Below are positions 19,869 to 29,644 of a DNA stretch of 47,759 bases, piece by piece; position 1 is the first letter of the stretch; every line of letters starts with the position of its first letter. The translations under genes and the position numbers were made by a program. This DNA comes from Candidatus Kaiserbacteria bacterium. Its GTDB lineage: Bacteria > Patescibacteriota > Minisyncoccia > Phycocordibacterales > UBA918. The notes under the pieces are model-generated. The model saw only the letters and a list, made by a program, of their open reading frames with translations, ran no database searches and was not told the origin of the DNA. The stretch covers positions 1 to 47,759 of the forward strand of contig JANPCG010000003.1 of assembly GCA_031430855.1 (NCBI GenBank), read 5' to 3'.

Positions 19869-20873
19869 ATGGAATTCTCAGATGACCAGATCACGCAGTT
19901 CAAAGAAAATCACAAAACGCAATTCCTCGCGTCGCAGTTTTCGTCGTTACTGGCTACTCGTACTTCGGCAGCAGAAATGGCCGAAAGTGATCCTGATATA
20001 GCTGAATTGGCAGCTGAAGAAGTAGCTCAAATTACCGTACAACTCGAGAGTCTCTATGCTGAAATGGAACGAATTTTGGAAACTACCAAAGAGGAAGAAG
20101 AAATTCCGTATGGGGTAGTGCTTGAAGTTCGTGCGGGTGCCGGTGGTGATGAGGCGGCCCTGTTTGCGGAAGAATTAGCCCAAATGTATCTCATCTATGC
20201 TGAGAATAAAGGCTGGTCTACCAGTCGTGATCACGAATCGCGCGCAACTGCGGGTGGTTATAAAGAAGCGTCATTTGAAATCATTAGTCCCAAAGCCTAT
20301 ATCGCCCTCCAGTACGAAACGGGTGTCCATCGGGTCCAGCGGATTCCGGTGACAGAGAAAGCTGGACGAATCCATACCTCTACGGCGTCGGTCGCTATTT
20401 TACCGCTTCGTAAAAAGTCAATTATTGAAATCAATCCATCGGACATTCTAATGGAGTTTTCGCGTTCGGGAGGAGCCGGAGGGCAAAACGTAAACAAGGT
20501 TGAGACAGCGGTGCGTTTGGTTCATACTCCTACCGGGCTTGAAGTGCGGAGTCAGACCGAACGATCACAGCTCAAAAACCGAGAAAAGGCCATGGCGCTG
20601 TTGGTGGCAAAATTAGAGGCACTCCATAATGAAACCGAAGCAAAGGCACACGCGAGTACGCGAAAAAATCAGATTGGTACCGGTGATCGCTCGGAGAAGA
20701 TACGAACGTACAATTTTCCGCAAAACCGTATCACTGACCACCGAATCAAAGTATCCTGGCATAACATTGAAGGGATTTTACAGCAGGGTAAGCTCGATGA
20801 TGTAATTGCGAGCTTGTCGAAAGCAGCAGCGGGGGAAGTGGTTGAGGGGGCGGACGAATCGGTTGCAGAATAG
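19869..20873 (+). CDS. prfA: Peptide chain release factor 1
   Basis: [16 protein letters not shown] (PxT), GGQ, RTYNFPQ. Confidence 0.95.
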   Translation: MEFSDDQITQFKENHKTQFLASQFSSLLATRTSAAEMAESDPDIAELAAEEVAQITVQLESLYAEMERILETTKEEEEIPYGVVLEVRAGAGGDEAALFAEELAQMYLIYAENKGWSTSRDHESRATAGGYKEASFEIISPKAYIALQYETGVHRVQRIPVTEKAGRIHTSTASVAILPLRKKSIIEINPSDILMEFSRSGGAGGQNVNKVETAVRLVHTPTGLEVRSQTERSQLKNREKAMALLVAKLEALHNETEAKAHASTRKNQIGTGDRSEKIRTYNFPQNRITDHRIKVSWHNIEGILQQGKLDDVIASLSKAAAGEVVEGADESVAE

Positions 20874-20930
20874 GTGGCCCCGTGGTACTATTGCCCAGCT
20901 CTTAATTACTCGAGCGGATTTTATTATATT

Positions 20931-21704
20931 ATGTCTACACAAACTACTACAAACCTCATCGAACGGCTCTTCTCAGCCGGAGCTCATTTCGGGTTCAAAA
21001 AAAGTCGACGTCATCCAACGGTTACTCCGTACCTCTTTACCTCAAAAGACGGAAACGATATTTTTGACCTTGAACAAAGTGCTGTTCTGATTGAAAGTGC
21101 TGCGGCAATCCTTAATGAAGCAGGAAAGAACGGCAAGACCGTTATCTTCGTTGGAACCAAAGATGAGGTAGCTAAGGTAGTGAAAGACAATGCAGAAAAG
21201 GCAGCAATGCCGTACGTCACCAATCGCTGGATTGGCGGAATGCTCACTAACTTTAGTGAAATCAAAAAGCGTATCCTCCGTCTTGAGTCACTCTCAAACG
21301 AACGTGAATCGGGTGAACTTGATCGCAAGTACACCAAAAAAGAACGAGTCCTTATTAATCGAGAAATTGATAAACTTATCTTTAACTTTGAAGGAATTAA
21401 GTCAATTAATAAGACTCCAGACTTCATGGTGGTAGTAGACCCACGTCACGATTCAATTGCAGTCCAGGAAGCGCTCGATATGCGCGTGCCAGTGATTGCT
21501 ATTATGAGTTCAGACTGCAACGCGGCTACTATTACTCACCCAGTATTTGTAAACGACGCCCTTCAGGCGAGTGTGAGTGTCGTGTTAGGCGAGCTTGTAG
21601 CTGCGTTCCAAGAAGGTAAGGCGGCATTCGTGCCAAAGCCTGTCGCTCCGCGACCGGTAATCTCGAGTGATAGTCGCACGCGGCGTCCTCGGACAGCTGC
21701 GTAA
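20931..21704 (+). CDS. rpsB: 30S ribosomal protein S2
   Basis: AGAHFG, FVGTK, RWIGGMLTNF; ATG 20931 preferred as start. Confidence 0.96.
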   Translation: MSTQTTTNLIERLFSAGAHFGFKKSRRHPTVTPYLFTSKDGNDIFDLEQSAVLIESAAAILNEAGKNGKTVIFVGTKDEVAKVVKDNAEKAAMPYVTNRWIGGMLTNFSEIKKRILRLESLSNERESGELDRKYTKKERVLINREIDKLIFNFEGIKSINKTPDFMVVVDPRHDSIAVQEALDMRVPVIAIMSSDCNAATITHPVFVNDALQASVSVVLGELVAAFQEGKAAFVPKPVAPRPVISSDSRTRRPRTAA

Positions 21705-21780
21705 CGTTCAGTAGTTGCGTAAATGCGCTTGTCCCCGTTGTCGCTCAGATTCTTTTGTTTAGTCATTTATACTTGTACCT

Positions 21781-22365
21781 ATGGAAATAACATCAACCAT
21801 GATCAAAGAGCTTCGTGACGCAACGGGTATTTCTGTCATGCAGTGTAAAAAAGCCCTTGAAGAAGCGGGTGGCGATATGGAGAAGGCCGTGATTATTCTT
21901 AAGAAGAAGCGTAGTGAAGCAGCAGACAAGAAATCAGATCGAGAATTAGGTGCCGGTGCGATTGGTGCCTACATCCACAACACAAACGAAGTGGCTGCGC
22001 TGGTGCTGCTTTCTTGTGAGACGGACTTTGTTTCTAAAAACGAAGAATTTATTGCACTTGCTAAAGATATTGCGATGCATGTAGCAGCGAGTAACCCAAC
22101 CTATATTCATAAATCAGAAATTGATGAATCTATCCTTGCTAAAGCGACTGAAGTGTTCGCCGCTGAAGTAGTTGGGAAGCCAGCAGAAATGCTAGAGAAA
22201 ATCCTCGCCGGTAAAATGGATGCGTATTTCAAAGAGCAGATTCTTATGGAGCAATCATTTATTAAAAATCCTGAGACTACCATTGGAGAAATGATTAGTG
22301 GTGCGGTCCAGAAATTTGGAGAAAACGTTTCAATCGCTAAAATTTCACGACTCTCGGTCAAATAG
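21781..22365 (+). CDS. tsf: Elongation factor Ts (short form)
   Basis: KELRDATG..CKKAL, CETDFV motifs; follows rpsB. Confidence 0.95.
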   Translation: MEITSTMIKELRDATGISVMQCKKALEEAGGDMEKAVIILKKKRSEAADKKSDRELGAGAIGAYIHNTNEVAALVLLSCETDFVSKNEEFIALAKDIAMHVAASNPTYIHKSEIDESILAKATEVFAAEVVGKPAEMLEKILAGKMDAYFKEQILMEQSFIKNPETTIGEMISGAVQKFGENVSIAKISRLSVK

Positions 22366-22370
22366 CTATA

Positions 22371-22802
22371 ATGACGAGCGCCCTCACGTTTGCTGCTGTA
22401 AATCTCGTCTTGCTGGTGATATTGGGTCGTGTATTTGCGCTTGAAAAGCACCGTGGCAGGCGTTATTTCGCGACTGGCGTTCGTAATGCTGTTGATGACC
22501 TCATTACTCTCATAACGCTACGGTGCCTTCGACTCTATACCTACATCGCGCGCTACGTCATTACGTTGTCGTGGTACTACAGTCTGCATGCGTTGCTAAA
22601 GGTGATTCTTCGTTTCCTTGCCGGCACCTATGCGGCGGTTGAAGCTCTCTTACATCATAATCGAAAGCGCGCCCGAATAATTAGGATTGAGCGAAAGCGC
22701 GAACGTTCTCATTTGTCGGTTATTGCTGATCATAAAGCTGATACGGCTCTTTCCCCGGGCGAGAAAGCCAAGCGAAAAGAAAAGGCGTTAGCGGGGAAGT
22801 AG
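22371..22802 (+). CDS. Hypothetical basic membrane protein
   Basis: 143-aa ORF starting 5 nt after tsf; N-terminal hydrophobic stretch. Confidence 0.6.
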   Translation: MTSALTFAAVNLVLLVILGRVFALEKHRGRRYFATGVRNAVDDLITLITLRCLRLYTYIARYVITLSWYYSLHALLKVILRFLAGTYAAVEALLHHNRKRARIIRIERKRERSHLSVIADHKADTALSPGEKAKRKEKALAGK

Positions 22803-22920
22803 ATAACCGTAGTTGCGTTTTTACGCCAATCGGGCATAATAGCGTAACTTCAAAAAAGAAGGTTGAGAAAATCTGTAGAGCGTAATTTTTTTAAAGAAGT
22901 ATAAATATTGAAACCTTAGA

Positions 22921-22993
22921 GCCATCTTAGCTCAGTTGGTAGAGCAACTCACTTGTAATGAGTAGGTCGTCAGTTCGAATCTGACAGATGGCT
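22921..22993 (+). tRNA. tRNA-Thr (anticodon TGT); CCA not encoded
   Basis: Cloverleaf: GCCATCT acceptor, D arm GCTC/GAGC, anticodon arm ACTCA-CTTGTAA-TGAGT, T arm GTCAG-TTCGAAT-CTGAC, discriminator T. Confidence 0.96.
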
Positions 22994-23198
22994 CTAAGGT
23001 TTTAATTTCCCATCTCAGTAGAGTCAGGAGAGGTGAGGATGGGTTGGGTGAGAAGTGACTAAACGTCACTACGTAAGACCTTTTGAGAAATCTTAGATTC
23101 CCAATAGGTTTACCACTTCTGTAAGAAGACATTCAAACTACTTGTAATGAGTAAGCAAAGCTTTCTTGAACGGCACTCAAGTCAGATATAAAAGTAAA

Positions 23199-23353
23199 CT
23201 TTTCTATCGACTTCCGAGTGAGGTCATACTGTATGCTTTGCATACAGATGCGAAAGCTAGCTTTCCGTTTGTTATTTTTTCATAAGTCATGCCAGGCACA
23301 GTCTGGCTTTTCTATTTCCGAATGAGGCCATACCGTACGCTCGCATACAGACG
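23199..23353. repeat. Two ~50-bp imperfect direct repeats, each containing a hairpin
   Basis: cttttctatcgacttccgagtgaggtcatactgtatgctttgcatacagatg (23199-23250) vs cttttctatttccgaatgaggccataccgtacgctcgcatacagacg (23307-23353). Confidence 0.7.
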
Positions 23354-23429
23354 GCTTAAATACTCGGTATCTATAAGCGTTGGTTGTGCTACATTTTACA
23401 AACTCCTTTATCCTCGATACCATACACCT

Positions 23430-23975
23430 ATGTCAATAAAAATAACCTATTTCGTTCACGGCACTACCACTGATAATGAGCAGCACCTCTCCTCTGGTTG
23501 GAATGATGTTGATCTCTCTGAGGAGGGGATTTCTCAATCCTGGGAATTAACTGAGCTGACAGAGCATTTAAAATTTGATGCGGTATTCTGCTCGGACCTT
23601 AAACGGGCGGTTGATTCAGCAGAAATTGCCTGGGGTGGTAAATATCCGATTATGCAAGACGCGAGGTTGCGTGAGTGTAACTATGGTGACCTGAATGGGC
23701 AGTCTTCAGATATTGTCGAACCAATGCAGGAAAAATCTATCACGGAACCAATGCCTAATGGTGAAAGTTATGAAATGGTTAAAGTGCGCATTGAAAGTTT
23801 CTTGCAGCATCTAAAAACAAATTTTGACAACAAACATATAGCGATTGTTGCCCATAAGGCCCCACAGCTTGCACTCGAGGTGATTCTAAACGGTATGACG
23901 TGGGAGGAGGCTTTTGCTAACGATTGGCGCAAAACGAAAGCTTGGAAGCCAGGCTGGGAGTACGTTTTAAACTAA
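23430..23975 (+). CDS. Histidine phosphatase (phosphoglycerate mutase-like) family protein
   Basis: VHG (RHG variant), SDLKRA, LRECNYG, GES, IVAH; ATG 23430. Confidence 0.85.
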   Translation: MSIKITYFVHGTTTDNEQHLSSGWNDVDLSEEGISQSWELTELTEHLKFDAVFCSDLKRAVDSAEIAWGGKYPIMQDARLRECNYGDLNGQSSDIVEPMQEKSITEPMPNGESYEMVKVRIESFLQHLKTNFDNKHIAIVAHKAPQLALEVILNGMTWEEAFANDWRKTKAWKPGWEYVLN

Positions 23976-24225
23976 TATCCGACCACACCTACCCGCACCC
24001 CTTCCAACAGAAGCTGTTCACTCATTGGTTAATTTGTTTCGCAAGCTCACAAATTACCTCAACGAGTCTTGCGAAGTGGGTTCTTACAGAACCTGTACGG
24101 GTTGCCAGCTATTTTCAAAAAATAGCGGGCAACCCTGTTATGAATGACATAAGTCATTCATAACCCCATCCCACTTCTCACCCCTTTTTTTCCCCACCAA
24201 ACCGGGGTATACTACACAGATACGT

Positions 24226-25779
24226 ATGGAAGAACAATCCCACCTGCTGCCGTATGCTCGGCGCTCTGATTTTCACGTCGGTCGCGCGACGGAGCTTTCT
24301 GGAAAGCGTCGAATCTTATATCGAGTTTTTGAAATCCTTCCCGGTCTTGCTTCCTGGTCAACCCTGATTGGAGTAATTTTGATGTCAATTTATGCGCCGT
24401 TTATCGCGGCGTACTTTATTATTGCCTTTGCGCTCTTTTGGGTACTTAAAACTGGTTTTTTGTCGTACCACCTCCGCTATAACTGGAAGCGATTGCAGCA
24501 TCACACAAAACTTGATTGGGGAGCTTTGGTTTCAGATTTTTCGTACAGTCACATCCATCACGTAATAATTTTGCCATTTTATAACGAACCTGAGTCGGTG
24601 ATTGATGCCACTCTGACATCACTTGCTAACACCAAATACGACAAGTCAAAGTTAATTGTCGTGTTGGCGAGCGAAGAACGGGCTGGAGAAGCTGCTACTA
24701 CGGTAGTTGCCAATATGACGGCCAAGTTTGGTACTGCGTTTGGTGTATTTTTAACGACAGTTCATCCGAAAAACGTGCCTGGTGAGATGGCAGGTAAAGG
24801 ATCAAACGCCACCTTTGCCGCTGAAAAAGTTCGAACTGAGGTGCTTGATAAAAAGGGTATTAGCTATGGCGAAACATTGGTATCGATTTTTGATATTGAT
24901 ACGGTTTTGTACCCGGATTATTTTAACTGCTTAGTGTGGCACTTTATGACAGCGCCGCGACCACTCAAGTCATCATTCCAACCGGTTCCCATCTTTAATA
25001 ACAACATGTGGGAAGCCCCTGCCTTGGCCCGAGTGGTCGCGATGAGTAGTACGTTTTGGGAAATGGTGCAACAGGAACGACCAGAACGGATGGCCACCTT
25101 TTCTTCGCACTCTGTCAGTTTTCAAGCGCTCTACGAAGTTGGCTATTGGCAGACTAATATGGTGAGTGAAGATTCTCGTATCTACTGGAACCTCATGATA
25201 GCAAATGATGGTGAATACGATGTGATCCCACTCTCTTACCCGGTCTCGATGGACGCAAACGCAGCACCGACCTTGTGGCGAACCATTGTACAAATCTATA
25301 AACAGCACCGCCGGTGGACCTATGGGGTTGAAAATTTCTGCTATATTCTATATCACTTTTTGAATAACCCGCGTATTCCACGTCGGACCCGGGTAAAAAT
25401 TGCTCTCCAGCAAGCCGAAGGGTATTGGTCATTAGTTACTAACCCAATCATGTTATTTATTCTGGGGTGGGCGCCGATTTTCTTGGGGAGTCAAGAATTT
25501 CACCAAACAGTGTTGTCATACAATTTGCCAATTGTGGTACGTGACTTGCTTATCCTTGCCATGTTTGGGTTAGTTATTTCATCCATTATTTCACTTTCCT
25601 TGATTCCACCGCGCCCCGCTAGCGCCAGTCGCCTCCGCTACATTGTGATGGCACTCCAGTGGTTCTTGGTACCAGCAACGATGATCTTCTTTAGTGCGAT
25701 TCCAGGCCTTGATGCCCAGACTCGTCTTATGTTCGGACGGTATATGGGATTCTGGGTCACGCCTAAGACGCGCGCATAA
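24226..25779 (+). CDS. Membrane GT2 processive-type glycosyltransferase
   Basis: PFYNE, DID, SED and QHRRW (QxxRW) motifs; multiple TM helices. Confidence 0.88.
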   Translation: MEEQSHLLPYARRSDFHVGRATELSGKRRILYRVFEILPGLASWSTLIGVILMSIYAPFIAAYFIIAFALFWVLKTGFLSYHLRYNWKRLQHHTKLDWGALVSDFSYSHIHHVIILPFYNEPESVIDATLTSLANTKYDKSKLIVVLASEERAGEAATTVVANMTAKFGTAFGVFLTTVHPKNVPGEMAGKGSNATFAAEKVRTEVLDKKGISYGETLVSIFDIDTVLYPDYFNCLVWHFMTAPRPLKSSFQPVPIFNNNMWEAPALARVVAMSSTFWEMVQQERPERMATFSSHSVSFQALYEVGYWQTNMVSEDSRIYWNLMIANDGEYDVIPLSYPVSMDANAAPTLWRTIVQIYKQHRRWTYGVENFCYILYHFLNNPRIPRRTRVKIALQQAEGYWSLVTNPIMLFILGWAPIFLGSQEFHQTVLSYNLPIVVRDLLILAMFGLVISSIISLSLIPPRPASASRLRYIVMALQWFLVPATMIFFSAIPGLDAQTRLMFGRYMGFWVTPKTRA

Positions 25780-25789
25780 TTACTTTGAT

Positions 25790-26956
25790 ATGACATTTAC
25801 TCCTCGATCTTCAATTGATGTTAAACCGTTACCTAGAGCCAGGCGTCGGTTTGTATTCGTTTCGTTATTGCTCTTTTTTCTCTGTGCCGTTCCAATTTTT
25901 GTATTTTACGCCACGGGATATCGCTATGACTTTTTAAACCCCAACGCCTCCATCACCGCGACCGGAGGATTGTATGTGTCAGTTGGAGCTGAAGGAGGAG
26001 AGGTGTATCTCGATGAGGCGCCGGTTCGTGACTCACGACTTTTCCGTGAAGCAATCTATATTCAAAATCTCACTCCAGGATTAAAGCGACTGCATGTGCA
26101 AGCGCCTGGTCTCCATACCTGGGTTAAGGAACTCCCGGTGTATCCGTATATTGTGACAGAGGCAGCTGCCTTCCAGTTGCCTCTGGTATCTCAAGTGCGT
26201 CCAATCACAGAATTTCAAACGAGTACTGGCACGGCGGTGTATGTCCGCGCCAGCTCCACTACGCCGTTATTTGCTGGTGTTTCAACGACAATTCCATTTA
26301 TAGCTACTACTACTCGAGCGACCACTACTTTTGAGCGAAACTCTGAATACGCGTTTATTCTCAGTTTATTTGCAACTTCAACCACCGCTACCTCAACGCT
26401 TTTAAATCGCGTGGTTGGTGAAGTAACTGATGCGCTGCAATTGAGTTCCAAGTCACCAACGACAACTGAACCAGTTGCGACTACTTCTGTACAAGTTGAT
26501 GACGTGATTATTCGTGAACAAGGAGATGATATTGTCGTGGCCTATGTCGGCAATGAACGAAACATTCCGTACTATTTCTGTGTACCACAGGCGGCACTGG
26601 CTTCGACGAGTGAATTATACGGTCCGTCAGTTATGCGCGGAGTGTCCCTCGTATTAGCAGCGGTACCGGAAGAGTCTGAGTCGAATACACTCAATCGATT
26701 GTGTCGAAATTCTATCGTGATTGATCGACAAAACCAAACAGTACGTAACTTCGATTTCTTCCCCGGCACTACTGACCTTGTTGTGTTACATCGAACTGAT
26801 GGCGTCTTTGTTGTCGAAGTCGATGACCGTTCATGGCAAAATACCCAAGCCCTGTATCCGTATCCGGTAGATGAGATGGTGGTAAACAACGGTCGGATTT
26901 ATGTTAAACAAGGCACAACAGTATTTGAGCTCCTAACTGAACTCGTTATTGAGTAA
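25790..26956 (+). CDS. Membrane-anchored PEGA-like domain protein
   Basis: N-terminal TM..YATGYRYD..TGGLYV..VYLD..NLTPG..WVKEL pattern; Ser/Thr-rich. Confidence 0.65.
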   Translation: MTFTPRSSIDVKPLPRARRRFVFVSLLLFFLCAVPIFVFYATGYRYDFLNPNASITATGGLYVSVGAEGGEVYLDEAPVRDSRLFREAIYIQNLTPGLKRLHVQAPGLHTWVKELPVYPYIVTEAAAFQLPLVSQVRPITEFQTSTGTAVYVRASSTTPLFAGVSTTIPFIATTTRATTTFERNSEYAFILSLFATSTTATSTLLNRVVGEVTDALQLSSKSPTTTEPVATTSVQVDDVIIREQGDDIVVAYVGNERNIPYYFCVPQAALASTSELYGPSVMRGVSLVLAAVPEESESNTLNRLCRNSIVIDRQNQTVRNFDFFPGTTDLVVLHRTDGVFVVEVDDRSWQNTQALYPYPVDEMVVNNGRIYVKQGTTVFELLTELVIE

Positions 26957-26963
26957 GTTTTAT

Positions 26964-27692
26964 ATGGCAACATTTATCCCTCGTGGACATCAGCATCCAC
27001 TCACCCATATGATTGCTGAAATTAACCAGATTTTTGCAGAGATTGGCTTTGTGTTTGCAGAAGGCCCAGAGGCTGAATTAGAATTGTATAACTTTGATCG
27101 TTTGAATATTAAGAAAGACCATCCGGCCAGAGATATGCAGGATACATTTTGGTTACGACCGGCTGATGTAACTGAGCCGACGGTATTACGGACCCACACG
27201 TCACCCGTTCAGGTACGTTACATGGAATCGCACCCGCTTCCGATTCGAATGATTTGCCCCGGTAAAGTATTTCGCAATGAAGCAACTGATGCTACTCATG
27301 AAGCGCAGTTCTATCAGCTAGAGGGAATGTATATTGATCGGGGGGTACATATGGGTCAACTCAAAGGTACCATTGAATATTTTTTTTCCAAATTCTTTAG
27401 TGGGGAGGTTGAGGTTCGGTTCCGACCTAGTTATTTCCCTTTTGTGGAGCCAGGCGTTGAGGTTGATATGATGCTAAAGGGGGGGGCGAGCAAGCTTGCT
27501 AATCGTTGGATTGAAGTCATGGGAGCTGGAATGATACATCCAAATGTTTTGCGCGGTTCCGGGATCGATACGAGCGATTTTTCAGGGTTTGCGTTTGGCG
27601 TCGGTATCGATCGACTCGCGGTCATGAAATACGGCATTGATGATATTCGCCACTTATATTCTGGCGATGCCCGTTTTGTGTCGCAGTTTTAG
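26964..27692 (+). CDS. pheS: Phenylalanine-tRNA ligase alpha subunit (N-terminally short)
   Basis: HPARDMQDTF, LRTHTS, FRNE, YFPFVEP, GFAFGVGIDRL. Confidence 0.96.
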   Translation: MATFIPRGHQHPLTHMIAEINQIFAEIGFVFAEGPEAELELYNFDRLNIKKDHPARDMQDTFWLRPADVTEPTVLRTHTSPVQVRYMESHPLPIRMICPGKVFRNEATDATHEAQFYQLEGMYIDRGVHMGQLKGTIEYFFSKFFSGEVEVRFRPSYFPFVEPGVEVDMMLKGGASKLANRWIEVMGAGMIHPNVLRGSGIDTSDFSGFAFGVGIDRLAVMKYGIDDIRHLYSGDARFVSQF

Positions 27693-27703
27693 TATATTTT
27701 CGT

Positions 27704-29644
27704 ATGGTACAAAAATATTCATACAATTGGCTTTGTGATTACTTGGGAGAAAATGCTCCGACGCCTGAGGTTATAGCTGACCTATTAACGGCGCATGCCT
27801 TTGAAGTGGAGGGGATAGATGAGCATGATAGCGATACGATTTTTGAATTAAAGATTTTGCCTGACCGAGGCTCTGACTGTCTCAGTCATCGAGGTATTGC
27901 GCGAGAGATTGCGACCTTAACGGGAGTGCCGCTCGCTGTGGACCCTCTTCATATACCAGTAACTATTTCTGCGACTGATCTCATTCAGGTTCAGATTGCC
28001 GATGTGACACTCTCTCCACGATTTACGGCGAGTTTAATACGTGGTGTCAAAGTAGACGAATCACCAGAGTGGTTAAAAACGCGCTTGGCCGCCATTGGTA
28101 CTCGCTCCATTAATAATATTGTCGACGCGACAAACTATGTTATGTACGCCATGGGGCAACCACTACATGCGTATGATGCTGTAAAGTTCCCTCAAGTGAA
28201 CGGGGTGTGGCAGTTTGTGGTACGTCCAGCCGAAGCCGGGGAGACGGTTAGTCTCTTGGCCGAAGGCGGTAAAGATGAAGACCGTATCGTGACTCTCCGC
28301 GGTGGCGAATTGTTGATTGTCGACGGAAGTGCAAATGTACCGATTGGATTAGCGGGCGTCAAGGGTGGACGTTTCGCTGGAGTAACAACAGAGACGACTG
28401 ATATCATTATTGAAGCTGCTCACTTTGATGCCGGACTAACACGTCGGACCGCTCGAGGGCTTGGAATTGTGATAGATGCGAGTAAGCGGTTTGAAAATGA
28501 ACCAGCACGCGCCTTGCCGCCTCTCTCCCAACAGATGATTACAGACTTAATTATAAAAATTGCCGGTGGTACCACCCTCGGAATGATTGATGTGTATCCG
28601 GTACCGAAGGTTCCTCCGGTTGTAAGTGTTGAAGTGCGTGCGGTTAATGCTCGTTTAGGAATCGAACTTTCAACTGAAGTAATGGTGGATATTTTAACGC
28701 GTGTCGGGGTCACTGTAGAAATGATGGGTGATACGCTTTCTTGTACAGGTCCGCTTGAACGTACTGATTTAAATATTCCTGAAGATTTTATTGAAGAAAT
28801 TGGTCGGGTCTATGGCTATCAACATGTCGTGTCGGTGGTTCCAGAAACGGTGCCGTTATCCGAATATAATGTGCGACATGTCTACAGTGAACAGATTAGG
28901 GCGGTTTTGGTAGCGGCTGGCTTTACTGAAATTATTACGACGTCATTTAGAAATCAAGATGAGATAGGGTTACAGTCTTCCCTCGCCAGTGATAAATGTT
29001 TTTTGCGTTCGGAGTTGTCTTCTGGTCTCGGTGACGCACTTTCGAAGAATGCACCCTTTACTGATCTCTTAGGTGTCGCCGATACAAAGTTATTCGAGAT
29101 TGGAACGGTCTTTACTCGCGAGAGTGGTACAGTCGTGGAGCATGTGTCGTTAGTTGTAGGTGTACGACTAAGGACGACTGGGTATAGCGGCAAAGAAGAC
29201 GCATCTCTTACGCTGGTGTGTAACCTGCTTGAAGCGGAGTTGGGGATACCATTTGATTGGGTTTTAAAAGCGGGCGTTGCTGAGTGTAGCGTAAGTACAC
29301 TTCTCGCTACGCTACCGGTACCAACTGCCTACGCCGTTGTACCGAAGGCAAAGGAAACAATCTATAAAGCTTTTTCTGTCTATCCTTCAGTCTCACGTGA
29401 TATTGCATTGTGGGTACAAGAGGGGACGGAGGTGAGTGCGGTAGAGGAAATTATACGTTTTGCAGCTGGACCACTCATGGTCAGATTGACGCACCTTGAT
29501 ACCTTCACGAAAGACGGGCGAACGAGTCTCGCGTTCAGGCTTGTATTTCAATCATCTGACCGGACTCTAGTAGATTTTGAAGTCAATGGTTTTATGGAAA
29601 GTATAAATAGTATTGTTGCTGAAAAAGGTTGGATAGTCAGATAG
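27704..29644 (+). CDS. pheT: Phenylalanine-tRNA ligase beta subunit (short)
   Basis: PDRGSDCLSHRGIARE, INNIVDATNY, GQPLHAYD, EEIGRVYGY, C-terminal FDX-ACB RDIAL..SLAFRL. Confidence 0.94.
   Translation: MVQKYSYNWLCDYLGENAPTPEVIADLLTAHAFEVEGIDEHDSDTIFELKILPDRGSDCLSHRGIAREIATLTGVPLAVDPLHIPVTISATDLIQVQIADVTLSPRFTASLIRGVKVDESPEWLKTRLAAIGTRSINNIVDATNYVMYAMGQPLHAYDAVKFPQVNGVWQFVVRPAEAGETVSLLAEGGKDEDRIVTLRGGELLIVDGSANVPIGLAGVKGGRFAGVTTETTDIIIEAAHFDAGLTRRTARGLGIVIDASKRFENEPARALPPLSQQMITDLIIKIAGGTTLGMIDVYPVPKVPPVVSVEVRAVNARLGIELSTEVMVDILTRVGVTVEMMGDTLSCTGPLERTDLNIPEDFIEEIGRVYGYQHVVSVVPETVPLSEYNVRHVYSEQIRAVLVAAGFTEIITTSFRNQDEIGLQSSLASDKCFLRSELSSGLGDALSKNAPFTDLLGVADTKLFEIGTVFTRESGTVVEHVSLVVGVRLRTTGYSGKEDASLTLVCNLLEAELGIPFDWVLKAGVAECSVSTLLATLPVPTAYAVVPKAKETIYKAFSVYPSVSRDIALWVQEGTEVSAVEEIIRFAAGPLMVRLTHLDTFTKDGRTSLAFRLVFQSSDRTLVDFEVNGFMESINSIVAEKGWIVR

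Noticed and set aside
20874-20930. Upstream GTG/TTG extensions given by the ORF track (rpsB, dgkA, phosphatase, PEGA-like, thrS, pheS)
   Set aside because: They overlap promoters or upstream genes; downstream ATGs match family N-termini.
22932-23132. 66-aa minus-strand ORF
   Set aside because: It is antisense to tRNA-Thr, a typical spurious call.
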